A DNA stretch of 39,278 nt, from NCBI GenBank assembly GCA_024638525.1, contig JAHEKB010000001.1, forward strand, positions 1 to 39,278, written 5' to 3'. Origin of the DNA: Bacteroidota bacterium (lineage in GTDB: Bacteria; Bacteroidota; Bacteroidia; NS11-12g; UBA9320). The position numbers were made by a program, and so were the translations under genes. The notes beneath the pieces are model-generated. The model was given only the letters and a program-made list of their open reading frames with translations. It was not told the origin of the DNA and did no database searches. Numbering within the stretch: the first letter of the stretch is position 1; the number at the start of each line of letters is the position of its first letter. Shown here in pieces: positions 9,428 through 16,930 of this stretch.

Positions 9428-10666
9428 CTAGTCAAACTCGGCAGCCAGGATTTTCTTTAGTTCTGTAATGGTCTCTTCTTCAAGGTCTGTGCGCCTAGCT
9501 AAGTCCTCGATATTGGTTTCCAAAACACTCTTTGCTGTATCCAGTCCAATGGACTTCAATTCATCGATAATCCATTCATCAATTTCATCTGTGAACTCAT
9601 CCAAATCAACATCCATTTCTTCATCTTCCTGAGAGCTTTCGCGATAGACATCTATGGTATAGCCAACGAGCTTACCAGCCAGTTTAATGTTGTGACCGCC
9701 TTTGCCGATGGCAAGTGAAACTTGGTCCGCTGGCAAATACACGTCAGCTTTGCTCCCTTCATCATCCAAAGAAATCGTTGAGACCTTTGCGGGACTCAAA
9801 GCTCTTTGAATCAATAGTTGAGTGTTTGCTGTGAAATTAATTACATCAATGTTCTCATTCTTCAGTTCTCTAACAATACCATGTATTCTAGAACCTTTCA
9901 TTCCCACACAGGCTCCAACAGGATCAATGCGGTCGTCATAACTTTCTACAGCCACTTTTGCACGCTCCCCAGGTTCGCGAACTATTTTCTTTATGGTGAT
10001 CAATCCGTCCAATATCTCAGGAACTTCAAGCTCAAATAAACGCTCTAAGAATTCCGGTGCGGTTCTAGACAAAATGATCTTTGGGTTGGTATTGTACATT
10101 TCAACGCGAAGAACCACCGCTCGAACATTGTCTCCTTTTTTAAAGAAGTCCCGCGGGATCATTTCGCGCTTGGGCAATATCAATTCGCTGCCTTCATCGT
10201 CAAGCACCATAATCTCATTCTTCCAGATTTGATAGACTTCACCAACGATAATGTCTCCAATTCTGTCCTTGTACTTCTTGTAGATTTCATCTTTTTCAAG
10301 TTCCAATACCCTTGAAAGAAGAGTCTGTCTTGCGGTGAGAATAGTCCGTCGCCCAAAGTCCTCCATAGAGATTTCTTCTATGGCTTCTTCGCCAATCTCA
10401 TAATCGTCTTCAAGCTTCTTTGCTTCTGAGATGGTGATCTCTTTATTAGGGTCTTCTACTTCTCCCTCATCAACGATTTCCCTGTTTCTGTAGATCTCCA
10501 AATCTCCATTGTCGGTATTCACAATGACATCGAAATTGTCATCTGAACCGAATTTTCTTCTAATCATAGTTCTGAATACATCTTCCAAAACCCTCATCAT
10601 AGTGGCTCTGTCAATGTTCTTAAACTCTTTGAATTCCGAAAAGGATTCAACTAATGGTAGGCTCAT
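9428..10666 (-). CDS. nusA: Transcription termination/antitermination factor NusA
   Basis: The translation shows an N-terminal domain, an S1 domain (IIVGEVYQIWKNEIMV..), and KH domains (CVGMKGSRIHGI, AIGKGGHNIKLA). It has the conserved rimP-nusA-infB order and an ATGA overlap with rimP. Confidence 0.97.
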   Translation of the reverse strand: MSLPLVESFSEFKEFKNIDRATMMRVLEDVFRTMIRRKFGSDDNFDVIVNTDNGDLEIYRNREIVDEGEVEDPNKEITISEAKKLEDDYEIGEEAIEEISMEDFGRRTILTARQTLLSRVLELEKDEIYKKYKDRIGDIIVGEVYQIWKNEIMVLDDEGSELILPKREMIPRDFFKKGDNVRAVVLRVEMYNTNPKIILSRTAPEFLERLFELEVPEILDGLITIKKIVREPGERAKVAVESYDDRIDPVGACVGMKGSRIHGIVRELKNENIDVINFTANTQLLIQRALSPAKVSTISLDDEGSKADVYLPADQVSLAIGKGGHNIKLAGKLVGYTIDVYRESSQEDEEMDVDLDEFTDEIDEWIIDELKSIGLDTAKSVLETNIEDLARRTDLEEETITELKKILAAEFD

Positions 10667-11133
10667 GTTTTCTTACTTTTAAATGAAATTTGAACGACGG
10701 ATTGCCTTATATCATCAAAGGAAATCTGCTCTGTTCTTATCAGCTTCTTTTTAGGATCTTCAATTATTTCGAGATCTAATGTGTTCTTATCTAATTGGGT
10801 GAGTTTACCCAAGTGTTTTTCGCCATTGTTCAGTTCCACTTCGAGGTCTCTCCCGAGGTGTTTGGAATACTGCCTTGACAGCAGCAATGGATTGTCTGCG
10901 CCAGGAGAAGAAATTTCAAATCGAAAACGCTCTTGCTCAGTTTCCATTTCGTCCAGTTGTGCGGAAACCCTTCGACTCAATCGGGCACAATAACCAATAT
11001 CAACACCTGCATCTCCATCGATATAAACTTTGACGCTGCTTTCATTGGCATTTGACTGCGTCTGAACAATGAAATATTCACTTCCATTAATCTCCTCTTC
11101 AATCAGTTGTGTTATGGTCTCCTTTAAACTCAA
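10663..11133 (-). CDS. rimP: Ribosome maturation factor RimP
   Basis: Size, position upstream of nusA, and ...FEISSPGADNPL... (RimP motif SSPG..R.L) all fit. It starts with TTG, and there is no in-frame ATG for 61 codons. Confidence 0.88.
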   Translation of the reverse strand: MSLKETITQLIEEEINGSEYFIVQTQSNANESSVKVYIDGDAGVDIGYCARLSRRVSAQLDEMETEQERFRFEISSPGADNPLLLSRQYSKHLGRDLEVELNNGEKHLGKLTQLDKNTLDLEIIEDPKKKLIRTEQISFDDIRQSVVQISFKSKKT

Positions 11134-11143
11134 AATTTGGCTA

Positions 11144-11169
11144 AGAAAAAAGGGGATTAATATCCCCTT
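11144..11169 (-). promoter_or_regulatory. Terminator-shaped hairpin in the rimP-nusA-infB leader (candidate attenuator)
   Basis: The minus strand reads AAGGGGAT-ATTA-ATCCCCTT followed by TTTTCTT, an 8-bp perfect stem plus a T run. It ends 10 nt before the rimP TTG start and lies downstream of the promoter match at 11189-11219. Confidence 0.45.
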
Positions 11170-11188
11170 CCTAACTCGTATGTGGCCA

Positions 11189-11219
11189 CAAATGTATTAC
11201 ATCTTGTACAATAATCAAA
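11189..11219 (-). promoter_or_regulatory. Candidate promoter of rimP-nusA-infB (-33 TTTG, 19-nt spacer, -7 TACATTTG)
   Basis: The minus strand reads TTTG-attattgtacaagatgtaa-TACATTTG. This matches the bipartite Bacteroidota sigma-A consensus in both sequence and spacing. Confidence 0.5.
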
Positions 11220-11249
11220 TGAAAGCTGGTAAAGCTTTTCGCATCGGAT

Positions 11250-11257
11250 TAATTTTG
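11250..11257 (+). promoter_or_regulatory. Candidate -7 box (TAATTTTG) for the Reeler-like T9SS cargo gene
   Basis: It is an exact TAnnTTTG match only 6 nt upstream of the ATG at 11264. Confidence 0.35.
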
Positions 11258-11263
11258 AAGTAT

Positions 11264-12043
11264 ATGAAGAAAACGCTACTTAAATTTGGATTGGCCCCAT
11301 TAATTGTATTCTCACTAACGCTGATGTCTACCAGCGCTGGTTCACCGGGTGGAAGAACCGGAAGCCCTTCAGATGGTCAGACTTGCGCAACGGCTGGCTG
11401 TCACGGTGCAATTCCACCAAATGGTCAAGACATGATCAGCACAAATATCCCGTCCGAGGGTTATATGCCAGATAGCACATATGAGATCACAGTTACAGTT
11501 ACAGATGCAAACTCTGGCAAATTTGGATTTGAGATGGTAGCGGAAGATGAATCAGGAGATAAACAAGGAACATTTACCGGGAATACCGAAGTCACTACAT
11601 TTATTAATGACCAAAGGGTTACGCATACATCAGGGAGCAACACCGGAACAGGATCTAGAACGTGGACCGTAAATTGGAAAGCTCCCTCTCTAGGCCAAGG
11701 CGCGATCACATTTTATGTAGCGGCACTTATTGCCAACGGAAACGGAAACAACTCAGGAGACTTTGTGGTGGTAGACAGCCGCAAATTTGCACGGCGATCG
11801 ACGGCTTCCTCATCCGCTCTGTCACTAGAAGAGCTAAAAATCTACCCAAATCCAAATAGCGATTTTATTCAGATTAAAGGGGTAAAAGGAGACTTGCAGT
11901 TTTTCCTCTTTGACATGCATGGAAAATTGGTTTTGGAGAGCAGAGCAAAGATTATCGACATTGGACATCTTCCCGTGGGCTATTATACTGCCAAGGTAAT
12001 TAAGGGCAATGTAGTTCGCTCCCAGAAGATCTTAAAACGATAG
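11264..12043 (+). CDS. Secreted Reeler-domain-like protein with a T9SS C-terminal sorting domain
   Basis: The start is chosen at MKKTLLKFGLAPLIVFSLTLMSTSA, a good signal peptide; the longer ORF-track version overlaps rimP. The N-terminal GSPGGRTGSPSDGQTCATAGCHG, then ...KFGFEMVAEDESGDKQGTF... and ...WTVNWKAPSLGQGAITFYVAALIAN follow the Reeler-domain pattern. The C-terminus LKIYPNPNSDFIQI...GYYTAKV... is a type A Por_Secre_tail. Confidence 0.65.
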   Translation: MKKTLLKFGLAPLIVFSLTLMSTSAGSPGGRTGSPSDGQTCATAGCHGAIPPNGQDMISTNIPSEGYMPDSTYEITVTVTDANSGKFGFEMVAEDESGDKQGTFTGNTEVTTFINDQRVTHTSGSNTGTGSRTWTVNWKAPSLGQGAITFYVAALIANGNGNNSGDFVVVDSRKFARRSTASSSALSLEELKIYPNPNSDFIQIKGVKGDLQFFLFDMHGKLVLESRAKIIDIGHLPVGYYTAKVIKGNVVRSQKILKR

Positions 12044-12076
12044 AAGCAAGGGCTAAAGCGGTAAAAAGCCTCGCTT
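12044..12076 (+). terminator. Possible imperfect hairpin after the T9SS cargo gene
   Basis: AAGC-aa-GGGCT / AGCCT-c-GCTT pairs with an interior mismatch and a 12-nt loop. The T-rich sequence begins only ~12 nt downstream, so this is not a canonical terminator. Confidence 0.2.
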
Positions 12077-12124
12077 GGAAAACTAATTCTTTTATTTTCG
12101 CCGTTTGATCGATAACAAAGTGCA

Positions 12125-15100
12125 ATGAAGAATTTCAAGCTATACAATACTTTACTCGGCTGGCTCGCCTTTTTGATCGCTCTAGTGGTTTATATTATGA
12201 CACTAGAACCTTCGGTGAGCTTGTGGGATTGTGGAGAGTTTATTTCGGCCTCATATAGACTACAGGTGGTTCACCCTCCTGGGGCTCCGCTCTTCTTAAT
12301 GCTCGGGAAACTCTTTACCATTTTCTCTACCCCAGGGACAAATGAGGTTGCCATTGGAGTTAATTTGTTATCTGCTACAGCTAGTGCAGCAACAGTATTA
12401 CTTACCTTTTGGATAACCACTCATTTTGCAAAGAAGATTCTTGGAGTGGGCTTGAACCAAATTGAAGTTAAACTTGCTGATGCCATTTCAATACTTGGAG
12501 CTGGCTTAGTTGGGGCTCTAGCCGTAACCTTTATGGATACCTTCTGGTTCAGCGCAGTTGAAGCAGAGGTTTATGCGGCTTCTTCTTGTTTTATGGCTTT
12601 GGCCTTTTGGGCTATTCTGAGATGGGAACGCGTAAAACATGAGCCGACAGCGGACAGATGGTTGGTATTTGTTGCTTATGTAGTTGGACTGGGTATAGGT
12701 CTTCACTTGTTGAACCTCTTGGTAATCCCGGCAATCATCATTTATTATTTCTTCAACAAATACGAATACACCAGAAAGAACCTTTTAAAGGCGGCTGGGA
12801 TAGGCTTGGGTACAATTGGCATACTTCAATGGGTGATTATACCAAAAACTCCGGCCATAGCAGCAAGCTTTGACAAGATGTTTGTCAATGGTTTTGGACT
12901 TCCGTACAATTCAGGTTTGTTGTTCTTTATGGTTTTGATTGGCGCTGCTACTGCATTTGGGCTGTATTGGACTAGAGCCAACTCCAAACCCATTGCCAAC
13001 TTGGTCTTATTGTGCTTCGCTTTCATTATGATGGGCTTCTCATCTTATTCCATGATTGTAGTCAGATCGATTGCAGAACCTGCAATTGACATGAACGATC
13101 CAGAGGATGCGTACAGCCTTTTGAGTTATATCAATCGTGAGCAGTATGGAGAAAGACCATTGATCAAAGGACATTATTGGAACGCACGTCTGTTTGATAT
13201 CGAAGAGGGAAAAATGCAGTATCGCAAGGGAGAGAACGGCTATGAAGAGACCAAGCGCAAGCAGTCTCCGGTCTACGACCCCAACTATACCACCATTCTT
13301 CCTCGTATGAGTGACGTTAGTGAAAAGTCGCAGCTATATCCCTTATGGGCAGGCATGGATGATGTTCACTACAGAATCCTTGATTTAAAGCAAAAGATAC
13401 AGCAGAATCCAAATGACAAGAGTCTGCAAGAGCAGCTGGCTGCTGCAGAAATGACTAAGCCCACCATGGCAAATAATCTAACTTTTATGTTCAAGTATCA
13501 GATCGGTTGGATGTATTGGCGCTATTTCATGTGGAATTTTGTTGGGCGTCAGAATGATTTGCAGAATATCACGGGTAATGTCCAGGACGGCAATTGGATT
13601 TCGGGCATCAATTTCATAGATAATATGCGTTTAGGTCCTCAAGACAATCTACCTAGTCAATTGTCATATCACAAGGCTAGGAACACCTATTACTTCTTGC
13701 CATTGATTCTGGGAATTCTTGGAATACTATTCCAATACAAGAAAAGACAGCTGGATTTCTTGACGGTTTTGACCATGTTTGTTTTTACAGGTATACTGGT
13801 GGTCGTTTATCTAAATCAGCCACCTATGGAACCCAGAGAAAGAGACTATACCAATGTCGGTTCTTATCAAACCTTCTGTATATGGATTGGTCTTGGCGTG
13901 CTCTATATCGCCGATCTATTAAGAAAATGGTTGAATCCAAGAAATGCAGCTATAGCGGCAACTGTAGTTGGTTTGTTTGCAGCACCGGTACTCATGGGTT
14001 CCCAGAATTGGGACGATCACGACAGGTCTGATAGATATCTCGGAATATCCTTCGCCAAAAACTATCTCAATTCGTGTAAACCAAATGCCATTCTGTTCAC
14101 CAATGGAGATAATGATACCTATCCACTCTGGTATGCGCAGAATGTAGAGGGTATTCGAACAGATATTCGAATCATCAATTTGAGCTTACTTCCCACGGAA
14201 TGGTATAGCGATGCCTTGAGGAGAAAGGTATTTGATTCCGAAGCTCTGCCAATGAGTATTCCAGCCGAAAAGCTGGTCAAAGGCAAGCGAGAGTATTTGA
14301 GGTATTTAGAGAATAAGAGTCTTGATCAAACCAAATTTTATCCCTTGGATCAGGTCTTAGATTGGATGACTTCTGACGACAGGAATAAGATGGCGCAGAA
14401 CAATGTTGGTGCGGTTGACAATTATTATCCGGTCAAGAAATTCTCCGTTCGGGTAGATAAAGAAGCTGTAATTAAAGAGGGGCGTGTGCCTTTAAAAGAT
14501 ACAGCAGAGATCGTAGACAAAATTCAGTGGAACATTGGCCGAAACGGATTGTCCAAAGGAGACATCGTCGTTTTAGACATTATTGCGACCAATGCCAAAG
14601 AAGGGTGGAAAAGGCCGATTTACTGGACTACAACAACGGGCAGACAGGTCTATTTGAACTTAGACAACTACCTAAGACATAACGGCTTGACCTATGAATT
14701 GATACCGGTAAAAGCAAACAGGAGTTTCAGAGGGATGGATGATATGCCCTTATTGTATGACAACCTCATGAGTGTCTATGAATGGGGCAATATGGATAAG
14801 GGAGAATTGTTCCTTGATGACAAAGCAACATTGGTTCCACGAAATTTGAGATCGCTATTTGTCCAGGTCGGGGATTACTACTCTAGAAATAACAGACATG
14901 ATTCTGCCGTGGCATTGATCGATCGTTGTTTTGAGGCTATGCCTGAAAGCATTCTTCCTATGGACCTAAGGTTGAAGATTGCATCTGCCGAGGTCTATTA
15001 TAGAGCCGAAGACAATGAGAAGGGAGACCAACTTATGACTCAAGTAGGCGATGATGCTGCAGAATTGGTTATTTATTATAAGCGATTCCCAAGAAGGGGC

Positions 15101-15241
15101 AAATTCGGCGCAATTCAGCAGGACCTCAGGTATAATTTGTCAATTATATCCGATGTTGCCAACACTTTGAAATCTTTCAATAGGACGGAATTGGCCGACA
15201 AATACCAACAGAGGTTCAACCAATTGCAAGTTGGTGTCTAG
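12125..15241 (+). CDS. DUF2723 / TMEM260-like polytopic membrane protein (putative GT-C fold glycosyltransferase) with a large C-terminal soluble region
   Basis: The N-terminal LEPSVSLWDCGEFISASYRLQVVHPPGAPLF is the hallmark DUF2723 motif. It also has multiple hydrophobic segments and is ~1000 aa, typical of the Bacteroidota members. Confidence 0.8.
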   Translation: MKNFKLYNTLLGWLAFLIALVVYIMTLEPSVSLWDCGEFISASYRLQVVHPPGAPLFLMLGKLFTIFSTPGTNEVAIGVNLLSATASAATVLLTFWITTHFAKKILGVGLNQIEVKLADAISILGAGLVGALAVTFMDTFWFSAVEAEVYAASSCFMALAFWAILRWERVKHEPTADRWLVFVAYVVGLGIGLHLLNLLVIPAIIIYYFFNKYEYTRKNLLKAAGIGLGTIGILQWVIIPKTPAIAASFDKMFVNGFGLPYNSGLLFFMVLIGAATAFGLYWTRANSKPIANLVLLCFAFIMMGFSSYSMIVVRSIAEPAIDMNDPEDAYSLLSYINREQYGERPLIKGHYWNARLFDIEEGKMQYRKGENGYEETKRKQSPVYDPNYTTILPRMSDVSEKSQLYPLWAGMDDVHYRILDLKQKIQQNPNDKSLQEQLAAAEMTKPTMANNLTFMFKYQIGWMYWRYFMWNFVGRQNDLQNITGNVQDGNWISGINFIDNMRLGPQDNLPSQLSYHKARNTYYFLPLILGILGILFQYKKRQLDFLTVLTMFVFTGILVVVYLNQPPMEPRERDYTNVGSYQTFCIWIGLGVLYIADLLRKWLNPRNAAIAATVVGLFAAPVLMGSQNWDDHDRSDRYLGISFAKNYLNSCKPNAILFTNGDNDTYPLWYAQNVEGIRTDIRIINLSLLPTEWYSDALRRKVFDSEALPMSIPAEKLVKGKREYLRYLENKSLDQTKFYPLDQVLDWMTSDDRNKMAQNNVGAVDNYYPVKKFSVRVDKEAVIKEGRVPLKDTAEIVDKIQWNIGRNGLSKGDIVVLDIIATNAKEGWKRPIYWTTTTGRQVYLNLDNYLRHNGLTYELIPVKANRSFRGMDDMPLLYDNLMSVYEWGNMDKGELFLDDKATLVPRNLRSLFVQVGDYYSRNNRHDSAVALIDRCFEAMPESILPMDLRLKIASAEVYYRAEDNEKGDQLMTQVGDDAAELVIYYKRFPRRGKFGAIQQDLRYNLSIISDVANTLKSFNRTELADKYQQRFNQLQVGV

Positions 15242-15965
15242 GACTGACCTGGTCATTGGATATCACGCCGTAGAAGAGCTGCTAAAGGGCGATAGAACCG
15301 TAAGTAAGGTATTTATCAACCAGAAGGCGGACAGTCGAAAGGTGGGAGAAATTAGAGCCTTGTGTAAAGCAGCGGAGGCGCCTTTGCAAATGGTCCCCAT
15401 CGATAAGCTAAACAGAATGAGCAGGGCGAATCACCAAGGTATTGTGGCCTTGATTAGCCCCATAGATTTTGTTCCATTGGAAGAAAGCATTACTAGGCTG
15501 TACGAAAAAGGGGAACCGCCAAGAATAGTCGTAGCAGATGGAATTACGGATATAAAGAATATAGGCGCAATTGCCAGATCTTGTATGGCCTTCGGTGTTC
15601 ATTTATTGATCATGGGAACAAAAGCAAACGCCGAGATAGGAGAGGGTGCTATTAAAGCTTCTGCAGGGACACTCTTAAAGCTTCCGGTATGCAGAGTTTC
15701 CAGTCTTGCCGAGAGTCTTGATTATTTAAAGTCATGGGGCTTAGCACAAGTGGCTGCAAGTGAAAAGTCTGATATGGATATCAGCCAAATTGACAAAACG
15801 GAAATCAGTGGTTTTGCCTTGTGGATGGGAAATGAAGACAGAGGACTTTCTAAAGAAAGATTGTCTCAAATGGATCACATTTGGCGAATTCCAATGCAAA
15901 ATGATGTAGATTCATTGAATGTTTCCGTCGCTGCGGGCATATGTCTTTATGAGCTAACGAGTTGA
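15231..15965 (+). CDS. rlmB: 23S rRNA (guanosine-2'-O)-methyltransferase RlmB (SpoU/TrmH family)
   Basis: It shows the IGYHAVEELL substrate-binding N-domain and the SpoU motifs GNEDRGLS and IPM..DVDSLNVSVAAGI. The start is TTG at 15231 or GTG at 15234, overlapping the end of the DUF2723 gene. There is no in-frame ATG. Confidence 0.85.
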   Translation: MVSRTDLVIGYHAVEELLKGDRTVSKVFINQKADSRKVGEIRALCKAAEAPLQMVPIDKLNRMSRANHQGIVALISPIDFVPLEESITRLYEKGEPPRIVVADGITDIKNIGAIARSCMAFGVHLLIMGTKANAEIGEGAIKASAGTLLKLPVCRVSSLAESLDYLKSWGLAQVAASEKSDMDISQIDKTEISGFALWMGNEDRGLSKERLSQMDHIWRIPMQNDVDSLNVSVAAGICLYELTS

Positions 15966-16049
15966 TAGTCATATGAATGTATCCTAAATATAGCGATAGT
16001 CTTTTTCTATTAGGATATTTCGACTATCCTGTTATTTTCGCGGGAAAAT
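15964..16049. repeat. Cluster of short direct and inverted repeats in the rlmB / DUF2795 intergenic region
   Basis: GATAGTC is at 15964 and 15995, and its complement GACTATC is at 16022. TATCCTA is at 15980, its complement TAGGATA at 16011, and TATCCT again at 16025. A further hairpin ATTTTC-gcgg-GAAAAT spans 16034-16049. Confidence 0.6.
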
Positions 16050-16077
16050 TAGGGGGATTTAATTTCCAACGATAATC

Positions 16078-16299
16078 ATGTATTGGACACTAGAATTAGC
16101 ATCATATTTAGATGACGCTCCTTGGCCAGCTTCCAAGGATGAGTTGATCGACTTTGCGATTAGAACAGGAGCTCCGCTAGAGGTAGTAGAAAACCTACAG
16201 GAATTGGAAGATGACGGTGAACCATTTGAAACCATAGAGGAAATTTGGTCTGAATATCCGTCGACCGATGATTATTTCTTCAATCAAGACGAATTATAA
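16078..16299 (+). CDS. DUF2795 domain small acidic protein
   Basis: The 73-aa translation, ...YLDDAPWPASKDELIDFAIRTGAPLEVVENLQEL.., matches the DUF2795 pattern (..FPA.K.ELI..A...GAP..V...L..L). Confidence 0.7.
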   Translation: MYWTLELASYLDDAPWPASKDELIDFAIRTGAPLEVVENLQELEDDGEPFETIEEIWSEYPSTDDYFFNQDEL

Positions 16300-16309
16300 T
16301 CGTCATTTT

Positions 16310-16930
16310 CTAAAAGATAAGCCCTAGCTCTAAGCTGAGGGAATAGATGGTGCCGCCATTACCTGTTGGTGGATTAATGTCTTCAAAGAATAGGTCTTTA
16401 TTAATATTCAATAGACCGTATTTTACACCCAATTGCCATCCAGCAACTACCCCAACTTGCTGATAAGCAAGACAGGCATCGATGGCCATAGGCCTCAAAC
16501 CCACATCATTGGTGTGAGATTTCGAATTGCGAACCAAATACATGGACGATAGGCCTAAGAAACCTATCTGCGGGCCCAGTAATATCATTTTGTCTTCACT
16601 GCCTAATTCTCGAGCTAAAAGCAAAGGAAAATCGACATAAAAGGTGGCAATACTGTTGTACTCTCCATCACCATTTTTAAAATGCGAACCTTTGAAATTG
16701 CCCAAGAGCTCCGCTTGAAAATGGTATTTTTTACTGAGCTCTTGACGGTAATAAGCTCCTGCAGAATAGCCAAACCTCAAGCTTGGGTTTTTCAATTCAG
16801 TGCCTTGGAGAGAAGAAAGATTTATAGCTGTCTTTATACCTAGTTTATAGTTTTTATTGCTCGCAGCTTGCCCAAATGCTGAAGTGGCAAAAAGTGTAAT
16901 AAGAATAGGGATATGCAACAACTTCATCAT
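16310..16930 (-). CDS. Small outer-membrane beta-barrel protein (porin / PorT-like OMP_b-brl_2 family)
   Basis: It has the signal peptide MMKLLHIPILITLFATSAFGQ, alternating hydrophobic beta-strand patterning, and a C-terminal ...SLSLELGLIF with terminal Phe. An ATGA overlap links it to the hscA stop. Confidence 0.7.
   Translation of the reverse strand: MMKLLHIPILITLFATSAFGQAASNKNYKLGIKTAINLSSLQGTELKNPSLRFGYSAGAYYRQELSKKYHFQAELLGNFKGSHFKNGDGEYNSIATFYVDFPLLLARELGSEDKMILLGPQIGFLGLSSMYLVRNSKSHTNDVGLRPMAIDACLAYQQVGVVAGWQLGVKYGLLNINKDLFFEDINPPTGNGGTIYSLSLELGLIF

Noticed and set aside
11069-11263. A 65-codon N-terminal extension of the T9SS cargo ORF in the ORF track.
   Set aside because: It overlaps the rimP 5' end, the rimP promoter and the leader hairpin. 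A canonical signal peptide begins at the ATG at 11264.
11380-11412. The Cys-x4-Cys-His motif (CATAGCH) in the T9SS cargo as a c-type haem attachment site.
   Set aside because: Haem c attachment needs CXXCH (rarely CX3CH or CX4CH with dedicated machinery). The motif is better explained as the conserved N-terminal Cys/His of a Reeler-like fold.
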